In this document: piece after piece, positions 53,220-64,000 of the stretch | Layout: the number at the start of each line of letters is the position of its first letter | Position numbering within the stretch: position 1 is the stretch's first letter | Source of the DNA: Octopus sinensis | Lineage: Eukaryota | Direction: 5' to 3' | Length of the DNA: 64,000 nucleotides | Assembly: GCF_006345805.1 (NCBI RefSeq) | Contig: NC_042997.1 | Coordinates: 22,258,001 to 22,322,000, forward strand | Made by a program: the position numbers and the translations under genes | The notes under the pieces: model-generated | What the model was told of the DNA's origin: nothing | The model's database searches: none | The model's input: the letters and a program-made list of their open reading frames with translations, nothing else

Positions 53220-54514
53220 CAGGTTGTCCCAGAAAGATTTACCTATTGATATTTCTTAATTATTCAAAATAAACTGAGGGTAGAATAATGAAATTTAGCC
53301 CACATGTTCTAATTTAAATTGTCAATCCATTGTAGTAATTACATTTCAAAATGACCACCTTTCGCCTTGATCATAGCCTACAAATGGTTAGTCACTGAGT
53401 TGCGTGAGCACCATACCACCTCTTCATCCAACATGACCCATGAAGACAGAAGGGCTTCCTTCAGATCTGACACATTTGAATAGGGGTGAGCAGAAACAAA
53501 CTCTCTAAGATGGACCAGATAGCAAAGTCCATGGGATTGATGACTGGATTTGAGGAAGGCTATATTGTCTTGTCCCCAAAACCACTGAAGTGCTCTTTGC
53601 ACCATTGCTATGTCAAATTGGATGCATGGGCCAGAGCTCCATCTTGAGTGAAGATGTAATGGTCACCAAAAGTTTCTGTGACCCAGGTTAACACTTTTTC
53701 ATCCAACATTTCCGCATAAACTTCCCTGTTGACCTTGACACCAGCATCAATGAAGATCAAGGGAGACTTGGGCCTATCAGATGCAACTGCAGCCCACACC
53801 ATGAGTGAAACTGGCTCCTGATGGCATAAATGATTCCTGCTACCTTCAGGCAAGTCTCCTGCATTACGTGTATAAAGCCTGTCATTCTGCTTATTGGTAA
53901 CTGCCTCGTCAGTGAAGATCTTCTTGTCAGATCAGGTCAACACTTTGTTAGCAGTATGCTTCATCTCAGCTAACATGGTTTTATCCCTGTCAAGCTGTTT
54001 CTTCTTGGAATCTGCTGAAATTAATTGCCATGGTTGCTTCTTGTATGCAGTCGGCTTTAAATTCTCTTTAAAAAGCCTGGACTCTGACAATTTGGAAATA
54101 TCAAGAGCTTTTGCTGTTTTTCTTGCACACCAGCAGGAATTTTGGGTCATTCACTTATTCACAGCTTTAACAGTTTGTTTGGTATGAATTGATCGTTTCC
54201 TATCAGGAACTGACTTGCTAGAGGTAGTAGAAGACTCCATGTATCATTTCCAGGTATTGAGCACTGTTTTACGGCACATATTCAACTATTTTGTTATGTC
54301 CTTGTTGCTCACTCTAGCCGTTTTCATAGCACCAGTCAGGTCAGATTTTGCTTTCAGCACCATGCTTGTTTACAAACTTGTTTTAGATAAACGAAACAAT
54401 AGACACATGAACAAAAGACATGAAAATCTTTATGTAAAATATAGATAATATTACCTGAACTGATATTCTTTAGGATGAGTTTTAAACATGGGTAAATCTT
54501 TCTGTGACATCCTG
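53220..54514 (-). mobile_element. Full-length but decayed Tc1/mariner (maT-like) transposon, ~1.3 kb
   Basis: TIRs CAGGTTGTCCCAGAAAGATTTACC / GGTAAATCTTTCTGTGACATCCTG; transposase remnants IFTDE, MVWAAV...SPLIFI..GVKVN..VY, FTQDGALAH, NPMDFAIW. Confidence 0.9.
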
Positions 54515-55089
54515 TATATATTAGTTTATAGTACATTGTTTATTTTTTCATTGGTTTCAGTCATTGACCTGTTGCCATGCAGGGGAAACACCTACAAGGG
54601 TTTTAGTTGATCATGTTGACCCTAGTTCTTATTTCAGTCTGGTATTTATTTTAATTATCCCTGTTTACTAAACTGTTATGTTACAAGAGAAAGGACCACA
54701 ATGTGTAAACAATATTGATTCTTTTTGTTGATCAGTGTAAATATATGCTCAAACACGTGCACAATTATGAAAAAACACACACACGCACACACACACAAAC
54801 ATATGCACACACTCATCTTCTGTATATTTTCTGTGTACCATATTCCATTCACAAGGTATTGGTCAACTGAAATCTATAGTCTTCTATAGTCATGACAGCC
54901 ATTCTGTTTTTTTCATTTTGTTTTGTAATTTTCTTTTTACTGAACGTCAACAAACTAAAACATACATAAATGCAACATTCACATACATACAGACATATGC
55001 ATAAATGCATACTCACCTGTGGATAAGACTGTTACCTTATTTTCTTGTTCAGAATCACATGTAAATTAATTTTCTACTTGTAATTTCAG

Positions 55090-55292
55090 AATCTGTATAA
55101 TGGGTGAGCGTTTACTAACTCTTGAGTCGGTTACTGCCAATGGATCCATTTGGTGTGATAAAAATATCTCAGGCCCTATCTATGCACACTATTGTGGTGA
55201 TGGAAATACAAGTGACAGTTGCAACTATTTTTATGCCAATCAGGTTCGTTATGTCCCTGGGATACCTGGCATTGCAAGTGGTCTATTTGACA
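55090..55292 (+). CDS. KCC exon, large extracellular loop (ICIMGERLL...GIPGIASGLFD)
   Basis: TTTCAG acceptor, A|GTAAGT donor, 203 nt phase 2-1; four Cys, sequons NGS/NIS/NTS, GIPG motif typical of the KCC TM5-6 loop. Confidence 0.95.
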
Positions 55293-55855
55293 GTAAGTCT
55301 CTTGAATCATTAGGTTCTATTTTCTTAATTTTACTATTATTATTATTATTATTATTATTTGTTACAAGGTGGTGCAGTGGCAAAATCGTTTGCATGCCAG
55401 ACAAAATACTTAGCAGCATTTCTTCTGACTCGTTACATCATCAACATTGTCATCATCATCATCATTATCATCATCATCATCCTTTAGCATCTGCTTTCCA
55501 GGCTGGCATGGGTTATATGGTTTGATTGGAATTCATAAGCCAGAAAGCTGCATTGGGTTCTAGTCTGGATGCCCTTCCTAATGCCAACCAAATCCAAGAG
55601 TGTAATGTGTGCTTTTTACATGCCACCAGTATTGGTGCTTTTATGTGTCACCAGCATGGGTGCCAGTGATGTGACACCAGTAGTGGCCACAACTACGATT
55701 TCACTTGGCTTGACAAGTCTTCTCAAACACAGTATATCACCAAAGGTCTTAATCATTAGTCATTGCATTCACAGAAGGTTACCATGTATGTGTGTGTGGG
55801 TGTGTGCATATGTATGTATTTATATGTGTGTGTGTGTAATATGTATATTTTTGTA

Positions 55856-56487
55856 TTGGCATCCTTTCTGTCTCAGGAGACAATGGAGTTGCGCATTTAA
55901 AAAAAAATTTTTTTTTTATAGTCTAGTCCGGCTTTTATATTTCATGTCCTGATACATTTCCTGCTGTGGCTGTGTAGTCCTATCCTGGACAAACACTCCC
56001 TCTGGCAGGTACTGCAAATGTAGCGAAGACTGTTCCTGGCTGGTTGTAGTGCCATAGTCTCTTGTTTACGTCTCTTCCTTTCTTTCCATTTCTCCTCCCT
56101 CTCTCTGTCACTCTTTTGTATTCCCTCTTTTACTGTACGTTTCCATTCTCCACGGTTGCCGGCAACTGCCTCCCAACCGCTAATATTGATGTTGCAGGCC
56201 TTCATATCCCTTTTGCAAACATCCCTGTAACGTAAGATCGGTCTACCCACAGACCTAGTACCCCTAGCAAGCTCTCCGTAGAGTATGTCCTTGGGGATTC
56301 TGCCATCTTTCATACGGCTAACATGCCCAAGCCATCTTATACGTCTTTGGGTGAGGAGTGCAAACATGCTTGGTATTTCTGCTTGCCTGAGGACATCTTT
56401 GTTGGGGATATGATTCTGCCATTTGATGCGGAGGATTTTTCGGAGGCAGTGCAGGTGAAAGATGTTTAGGCGACGCTCTTGGCGTAT
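55856..56487 (-). mobile_element. RTE-BovB-like LINE 3' fragment
   Basis: ORF 55942-56499: FHLHCLRKILRIKWQ, RWLGHVSRM.DGRIPK.ILYGEL, terminal CSTCQRECLSRIGLHSHSRKC; short 3' UTR with GTCTCCTGAGAC hairpin. Confidence 0.92.
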
Positions 56488-56635
56488 ACACACACACACA
56501 AAATATGGGAGATTATTTCACAGGTGATCTAAATGATTAGGTATGCTAGCTAATTGCTGTAACAGATTACTAGGACTCCAAGGTTATAACCGAGACAGTA
56601 GTAATGGAGCCATTGCAGATTTCCTATGCAGTGGA

Positions 56636-56797
56636 TATATAATTGCTAAAGGGGACAACAAACATTAAGGCAAGGCAAACATCTCAAGTCGTATACAATA
56701 TCATTATTGGAAAAAACTTTTTCCAATAATAATATTATATACAACTTGAGATGCTTGCTTTGCCTTAATGTTTGTTGCCTTCTTTAACAATTATATA
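56636..56797. repeat. Fold-back palindrome (~80-bp arms)
   Basis: CAACAAACATTAAGGCAAGGCAAACATCTCAAG...GGAAAAA-AC-TTTTTCC...CTTGAGATGCTTGCTTTGCCTTAATGTTTGTTG. Confidence 0.92.
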
Positions 56798-57379
56798 GCA
56801 TTGTGATCATCATAATCCTCATCATTTAGTGTCCACTTTCCATGCTGGTATGGGTTAGACAGTTTGACTGGTACTGGTAAACTGGAGAGCTTTGCCTGGC
56901 CCTCGTCTGATTTGGCTTGGTTTCAATGGCTGGACGCCCTTCCTAGTACCAATATATATGGATATGTATCTCGTGAACAGTCTTCAATACTTCTTGCCTC
57001 ATCTTCCGTTCTCCTCTTTCTTCTTCATAGATATTTTCTATTACTTTTTTTTAATAGCCAAGTAGAAGGAAGGCCAGTATCCATGGCTCTTTGAAGGACT
57101 TCTATGAAAATGTTATAGCAGAATGGATAAAGAAAAGAAATTATCTTCAGACCAGAGGCCTGGCCCAAATGCCTTCATGGACTTCATTCAACAAGTCTCC
57201 ATTCAAATGTCATCTTTCATACATATCACATCCATCTCTATAACCAATACAGTATTTTATCTTTCACACTGCCCCATAAAAGTGTTAATACCCATTCTTT
57301 CTCTCTCATTTAATTTATAGTTCACCATTCATGTCTGCTGACAATGTATTTGCTTATAAAAATGTATATGCATATATAT

Positions 57380-57589
57380 ATGTAAAAAGCACTGTTGATG
57401 GTGCTACATGAATAACATGTGGTACACTCTATAAAGTGGTTGGCATTAGGAAAGGTATCCAGCCATAGAAACAAAGCCCAAAACAGACTTTGGAACCTGG
57501 TATGGCTCCTGGCCTTCCTAGCTCCTGTCAAATCATCCAAACTATGTCAGCATGGAAAACAGACTTTAAGTGATGATGATGATGATGAT
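57380..57589 (+). mobile_element. RTE-tail retroposon, diverged
   Basis: GTGGTTGGCATTAGGAAAGGTATCCAGC...CAGCATGGAAAACAGAC..(GAT)n. Confidence 0.75.
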
Positions 57590-58222
57590 TTGTGCATTGG
57601 TACATACTGGTTTCATTCTATTCCAGTCTTTCTGTATCCTCCAAATTCAATGCTCATTTCTCCCATACAGTTTTTCATTCAATGAGAAAAACCATCTCTG
57701 GCCATCAGAGATCATAGTTCGCTAAATGTTTACCCTTCATTTTCTAACACTAGACACTGCTTTTGCTGCACCAACATCTCCACTCCCACTCACACACTTA
57801 TGCACACTGCAGATTTGGTCACCCTGAAAACAGAAACTGTTGAATACATCACCTACCTAGTCTTTTGAGCTCTTTTATGATGGCATTTCATGGGTGCTTC
57901 CATGCCTAGCTACTCTTGAGCATCTATTACATCTGTAGTTCTTCATTTCTGTTAGCTTACCTGAGACACAACTGCACCACTTGTGCACCTGCAGTTTACA
58001 TTGGATATGGAGTGGAGAGTTCTTCTGCAAGTGAAAATATTTTTAAAAAATGATTATAATTTTTAAATAATGATAATTTTAAAAAGTGATAATAAAAGGA
58101 ACACAAACTATTTTTATGCAGCCAAACTTTTTTTTGTTTTTTTCCTTTTGTATTTTAAGAGTTTATGGTACAGAATTTCACTGAAGTTTATTTTTCTTTT
58201 TCTTTTTTTTTTCTGTTTTTAG

Positions 58223-58363
58223 CAAATGCTTTCAGTAAATACTCAAAAATTAATGACGTACCTGGGGGTTCTGATAAAGGAGATGCTGCTCGAGGAGAAA
58301 TCATTGCAGATATTACTACCACATTCATGGTGTTGCTAGCTATTTATTTCCCATCAGTCACTG
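58223..58363 (+). CDS. KCC exon, end of extracellular loop and TM6 (TNAFSKYSK...IADITTTFMVLLAIYFPSVTG)
   Basis: Long poly-pyrimidine TAG acceptor, G|GTATGT donor, 141 nt phase 1-1; conserved DI.T.F..L..I.FPSVTG. Confidence 0.97.
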
Positions 58364-58586
58364 GTATGTATTTCTTTCATATGTATCACAATTAACTTTT
58401 AAATTAATTCTATGCAGCTTAAAAAAAAAAGAGTAAAAATTATATTTCTTGAAGGGAAAGTGTTATGGGTGACAGAATTTTAAATTAACTAAATAATTAT
58501 TGTCGTTACTTTGATTTATAGCTGTGAAACCTAAAAATGAGAAATAAGGGAGACTTGAGATTTTTAGTTTATATTCTATAACTTTG

Positions 58587-58885
58587 TGGAGGCGCAAAGG
58601 CCCAGTGGTTAGGGCAGAGGATTCGTGGTCGGAGGATTATGGTTTTGATTCCCAGACCAGGTGTTCTGTGTGTTTATTGAGCGAAAACACCTAAAGCTCC
58701 ACGAGGCTCTCCGGCAGGGGAGTTGGCGACCCCTGTTGTACTCTTTCGCCCCAACTTTCTCTCACTCTTTCTTCCTGTTTCTTGAGTAATGCTGCAATGG
58801 ACTGGCATCCCGTCCAGCTGGGGGGAATACATACGCTACAGAAACCGGGCTCATGAGCCTGGATAGGCTTGAAAAGGGCACATAA
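58587..58885 (+). mobile_element. tRNA-derived SINE (type B head, alternative tail)
   Basis: Head as 24787/31518; 3' part as 18960-19060 reverse complement. Confidence 0.85.
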
Positions 58886-58957
58886 ATAATAAAATAATAA
58901 AAATTCTATAACTTTAATTTATTTCTGATGGTGGGGCTTGAAGTTGAGAAGACTATA

Positions 58958-59178
58958 AATAATGGTTTCAAATTTTGGCACAAGGCCAGCAAGTTCAGGT
59001 GAGTGGGTAAGTTGATTATATCAATCCCAGTGATCAACTGATACTCATTTTATAAACCCCAAAACGACAAAAGGCAAAGTTGACCTCGGTGGAATTTGAG
59101 CTCAGAACATAAAAGCAGATGAAAGGCTACTAAGTATTTTGCCTGGTGTGCTAACAGTTCTGCCAGCTCACCACCTTA
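58958..59178 (-). mobile_element. SINE type C, antisense
   Basis: Reverse complement of 38609-38835 family. Confidence 0.8.
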
Positions 59179-59627
59179 ACCCTTTAGTATTCAGATTTCT
59201 CTGTCAAATGTACCCCTTATTCATTCACATTGATTTGAATTACCTTGTAGCTTTGAGATTTTAATGATGTAATTGATTATTTTTAGACTAATATTGTAGA
59301 GTAAATGTGAGAAGCCAAGTTTGGCCAGTTTGAAGATAAAACTGGTAGATTATTTGGGCTGCATATATTAGAATATAACTAAACACCACAAGGTACCTGG
59401 TATTTTTCTCAATTCTGCCAGTCTATAATAATAATTTCTAATGTAGTCACAATGTCACAAAGTTTACCCCAGTACTTGACTGGTACTTTATGAATGAAAG
59501 ATAAAGCTGAAGAATGAAAGGTGAAGTTGTAGATTTACATCATAAGAATTCAGAAACTTTGAGAGCTGTAAAATAATGGTATTATTTATAACATTTAAGG
59601 TTATAAACAATAGCATGTAAACATTAG

Positions 59628-59798
59628 ACGCAGGAGTGGCTGTGTGGTAAGTAGCTTGCTTACCAGCCTCATGGTCCCGGGTTCATTCCCACTGCGTGGC
59701 ATCTTGGGCAAGTGTCTTCTACTATAGCCTCAGGCCAACCAAAGTCTTGGTGAGTGGATTTGGCAGACGGAAACTGAAAGAAGCCCGTCATATATAAG

Positions 59799-59852
<54 letters not shown>

Positions 59853-60040
59853 TGCCCCCAACATCGCTTGACAACCGAAGGTGGTGTGTTTACATCCCCA
59901 TTACCTAGCGGTTCGGCAAAAGAGACTAATAGAATAAGTACTAGGCTTACAAAGAATAGGTCCTGGGGTCGATGTGCTCGACTAAAGACGGTGCTCCAGC
60001 ATGGCCACAGTCAAATGATTGAAACAAAGAGTGAAGAGTA
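59628..60040 (+). mobile_element. SINE type A
   Basis: Full-length match to 50522-50920. Confidence 0.9.
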
Positions 60041-60761
60041 TTAGGTTGAAAACAATCCTTTGATTGGAAACAGTCTTCAACTCTTTCTATCCAAAGAGAT
60101 TTTTTAAACCATTATTTACACACTACTTACAATTTTCACAAAATTCAACAACATACAATTTTCACTGGTAAGAAAAGAGTTTCCAAAATAGATGCAGAAA
60201 TTTGAAGGATTGCTTTGGTTGAATGGTAAAACATTTGTCATTTTTACAGGAGATGTGAGTTCAAGTCCCACATGTAGCCTTTGGAGTTTTCCCTCCAAAG
60301 AGATTTTTAACCCAGTATTTACCCACTATTATTTATAGCTCTGCTACTTTGAATTCCATGGTTAAAATTGAATTATTTTACATCTCTCAAAGTTTCTGAA
60401 TTCTTATGATGTAACTCTACAACTTCATATTTCATCCTTCAACTTTATCTCTCATTCATAAAGTACCAGTCAAGAACTGGGGTAAATTTAGTGACCTTGT
60501 ACCTACATTAGAAATTATTATTATAGATTGTCAGAAAAATGCTAAGTACCTTGTGATGTTTAGTTATATTTTGTAACCTTTTTGAACTGAAATCCTACCA
60601 GGTTGGACCTAGTGTTTCTTCCATTCAAAATCAATAAACTACTGTTCAAATAGAAGGAATCAATCAAACTGATTGTATCCTCCAACAAAATATTTGATCT
60701 TGTACCAATATTAGACGTCGGCGTCGGCGGCAACGTTGTTATTATTATTATTATTATCATT

Positions 60762-60985
60762 AAGGTAGTGAGCTAGCAGAATCATTAGCACATCAGGCAA
60801 AATGCTTAGTGGCATTTCTTTTGTCCTTACGTTTTGAGTTCAAATTCAGCCAAGGTTGGCTTTGCCTTTCATCCTTTCAGGGTTAATAAAATAAATACTA
60901 GTTGTGTACTGGGGTCGATGAGATCAACTGATTCCCTACCTCAATCTACTGGCCTTGTGTCAAAATTTTAAGCCATTATTATTAT
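60762..60985 (+). mobile_element. SINE type C
   Basis: Head AAGGTAGTGAGCTAGCAGAA, GAGTTCAAATTC, Nin-like domain, (ATT)n; another copy at 61342-61545. Confidence 0.8.
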
Positions 60986-61103
60986 TAAAGTGACACTGAA
61001 ATACAAATATACAAAGCCAATTATAACCATCATGACTGCTCATCAGATAAGAGTACATCAGGTACATGCATCGCAACCATATGAGTGCAACATGGTAATC
61101 TCA

Positions 61104-61284
61104 CTGTTCTATATTTTAGAGATGAGGAATTATGTACAATATTTACATTAGACAGATAGGTCTCCTCACCTTGTTTGTTGTTACCACATTTCCTGGTGGG
61201 TTCAAAATTCCACCAGGACACCTGATGAAGGCTGGAGAGTACATCAGCCAAAACGTTGACGACACCTATCTGTCTAATATAAAT
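61104..61284. mobile_element. 181-bp fold-back insertion with hammerhead-like motif and 12-bp TSD (Penelope-type terminal repeat derivative)
   Basis: TSD ATGGTAATCTCA (61092-61103) / ATGGTGATCTCA (61285-61296); empty-site paralogue at 61703-61714; internal 28-bp inverted repeat. Confidence 0.8.
61222..61258 (+). ncRNA. Hammerhead-like motif (CUGAUGA core, G12>A)
   Basis: CTGATGA-A-GGCTG(GAGAGTACAT)CAGCC-AAAACGTTG. Confidence 0.6.
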
Positions 61285-61573
61285 ATGGTGATCTCATATC
61301 TAGGTAAATGTTATATGATGTTATTGTTACTTTTGTTTTTTAAGGTGGTGCACTGGTGGAATAATTAGTACAGTGGACAAAATGCTTAGCAACATTTCAT
61401 CCATCTTTACATTCTCAGTTCAAATTTCACCAAGGGGATCAATAAATTAAGTACCAGTGAAACACTGGGTTTAATGTAATCAACTAGTCTTCTCCTCAAA
61501 AATTTCAGACCTTGTGTCTATAGTAGAAAGGATTATTATTATTGTTGTTGTTATTGTTGTTATTATTATTATT

Positions 61574-62130
61574 GAGTGAAAGAGCAGTGCATGCCATCAA
61601 AGTGACACTGGGGTAAAATATACGAAACCCGGTATGCCCATCATGACAACTCATCTGATAAGGGTACACTAGGCACATGCATCACAACCATAAGTGTGCA
61701 ACATGGTGATCTCATATCAAGATAAACAGCACATGACCTTGCAGGTGGGGCCCAATTAGAATTTTGTTCTGGTTGAGTAACCCATCCTGCTCAAAAGGTC
61801 CCTGAATAAGGGTTGTTTAAGGATGTTGAATGAAACACCCATGTTTCCAGAGATGAATTATTCAAACCCCAAAGAATCTCTCTCAACACATGGCTATGAT
61901 GTTCCCCCACTACTTCTGCTCATGATCAAAGATGTACATATCGTCAGCCACTGAGGTACATGGTCAACTGGTTACGGTCAAACAACTGACAAGCAAATCT
62001 GTGGTATTGGGCAGAATATTTGCTGTAGCCCATCTTTTATACCAAGACAAAACAATGTACATGATAACACTTCCAATCAGTTAAGATTAGAAGCCATGAG
62101 AGCCACTGTCTGGTACTCCATCAGGGCATT
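61574..62130. mobile_element. Unclassified interspersed repeat bounded by (ATT)n; partial second copy at 60988-61310
   Basis: AAAGTGACACTG...CATGCATCRCAACCAT...CAACATGGTGATCTCATATC occurs twice in the window. Confidence 0.6.
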
Positions 62131-62153
62131 TATCATTATTATTATTATTATTA

Positions 62154-62195
<42 letters not shown>

Positions 62196-63159
62196 TATTA
62201 TTATTATTATTATCATTGGTGTTGTTATTACCAATAAAAAATAAATACAACCATCTACTCAGAGTAAAATAATTGACCCTTCCATTCCTGTCCCTCCCAA
62301 ATGCTGTCCATATAACTGATTCTTCCATTCCACTTCAGTGTCTATCTTTGTGTTTGTTTAGAAATCAATACTTTTGGTATGCAATATTAATGTTGCAAAA
62401 AGCTCATCAATTAATCAAAATTCTACAGTATTACCCTCTGGCAGCATATGAACTACATTATTGTAGCTTCAATAATATTTAATATTCTTCTTCTAGAATT
62501 GTGTTAGCGTTAAATAGTCTCTTATATAAGGAAACAAATGCTTTACACATGCGCACATACATACAAATACACTTAGATTGAGGTACTTCTCATTAAAGAC
62601 ATATATTCATTACATTTATCTGAGCACAGACATACACAAAGCATTTACATATGTGCATACAAGCTTCCATTCACACACAAACATACAAGTTATTGGAGAT
62701 AGTCATTCATAAGCAGTATGATGCTAGGTGCCTATATGTGGGACACTTGGTATGCTCCCTCAAATTGGATCCTACCATCTTAAAGCAGGTAAAGCAAATT
62801 AGATAAAACATGTAATAATAAATCTCTGAACGAGGTATAAACAGTAGCTGCACGACAATGTGAGGTATATTTGCCACTTAAATGTGGCTAACCACTAAGG
62901 GTCGATGCTACTATAGCTTGTAGCCTCAGGAGAACATCTCCAGCTGGCTATTGACACACTTTCTGTGCCCTATAGGTACAAAGTCTAAATTTAGTGGAGA
63001 AGAGTAAATCAATTACTGCAATCCCAGTGCTTGCCTGGATAAATTACTTAGCAGCATTTTTTCCAGCATGCTAACAAACAATTTTGCCAACTTGTTGCTT
63101 TGCATAATAATAACAATAATAATAATTATTAATAATAATAATAATAATATAATAATTAA

Positions 63160-63381
63160 TAATAATCCTTTCTACTAAAGGCACAAGGCCTGTAATTTGG
63201 AGGAAGGAACAGTCAATTTCATCAACCCCAGTGCATAACTGGTACTTATTTCATCGACCCTGAAAGGATGAAAGGCAAAGTCAACCTCGGTGAAATTTGA
63301 ACTCAGAGTGTAAGGGTGGACGAAATGCTGCTAAGTATTTTGTCTAGCAGTCTTAACAATTTTGCCAGCTCAATACCTTAA
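63160..63381 (-). mobile_element. SINE type C, antisense
   Basis: CTGGTACTTATT...GAAAGGATGAAAGGCAAAGTCAACCTCGG...TTTGAACTC. Confidence 0.8.
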
Positions 63382-64000
63382 AATAATAATGATGATGATC
63401 TCTTTAATTTACCACCATGGTGAAGGATGAGAGCAATACAAAAATAGGCATCAAGTTTACAAATAATGAAGTGAGAGAATATATATATATATATATATCA
63501 AAAGTGAGCTTGAATCTTGCTTGCCTGCTTGCAATGTTACCCAGCCAAGCTGGTGCATAATTGGAAAAATACTATGAATTAAGTTTCCCCTGAAATGTGA
63601 ATACAAATGGAATAAAACAAGTTTTGCATAAATCAGACCACTGGTTATTGAGATATTAAGGGTTTTCAGGGTATAAATAACCAAAACAGTGCATAATGGG
63701 AAAATTATCCAAAAATAACTTAACCCTGAAAAGGAAGAAACTCTTACCTTTTGATTAGGCACAGTGACTTGACAACAAGAAAATACAATTTGTTTTTTAC
63801 AGTAAATGTTTCTATTTTCACTTTTGTTAAATGCAATATTTTAATCATTTAGAAATATTTCTAAGTGAATGTGATTTCAAAAATGTAAGTTGTTTGTACA
63901 GTATTTATATTTTAGCTTTCTTTAAACAGACAATATTTTAGTGTTTTTTTAAATTATTTTCAAGTGAATACCAATTACAAAAATTTTTTTGGCATATCTA

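Noticed and set aside
59176-59370. piggyBac-like left end TTAA|CCCTTTAG
   Set aside because: No matching right TIR or TSD found.
62075-62130. Faint resemblance to U2 snRNA 3' region
   Set aside because: Match too short; no Sm site or branch-pairing region.

Overview
AT-rich, microsatellite- and SINE-dense animal genomic DNA; the repeat families and style point to an octopus/coleoid cephalopod (inference). The only host gene found is a + strand K-Cl cotransporter (SLC12A4-7/KCC family). Eight phase-compatible coding exons (11963-58363) encode the N-terminal tail through TM6; the first exon and the 3' half were not found in the window. The rest is intronic/intergenic and packed with mobile DNA: a near-full-length RTE LINE (372-4241) with a C4HC3 PHD-type finger inside the RT region and a 63-bp hairpin tandem array in its 3' UTR, an antisense fragment of that LINE, CR1 and BovB-like 3' ends, a Penelope-like GIY-YIG fragment, Gypsy and Tc1/mariner relics, Helitron, hAT, piggyBac and mariner MITEs, and at least four SINE types. 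Most notable: hammerhead-ribozyme-like motifs, including a 181-bp fold-back insertion with a 12-bp TSD whose empty site is also in the window, and several spacer-less palindromes and inverted SINE/LINE pairs that would fold the KCC pre-mRNA into long dsRNA. All calls are by eye; no searches were run.
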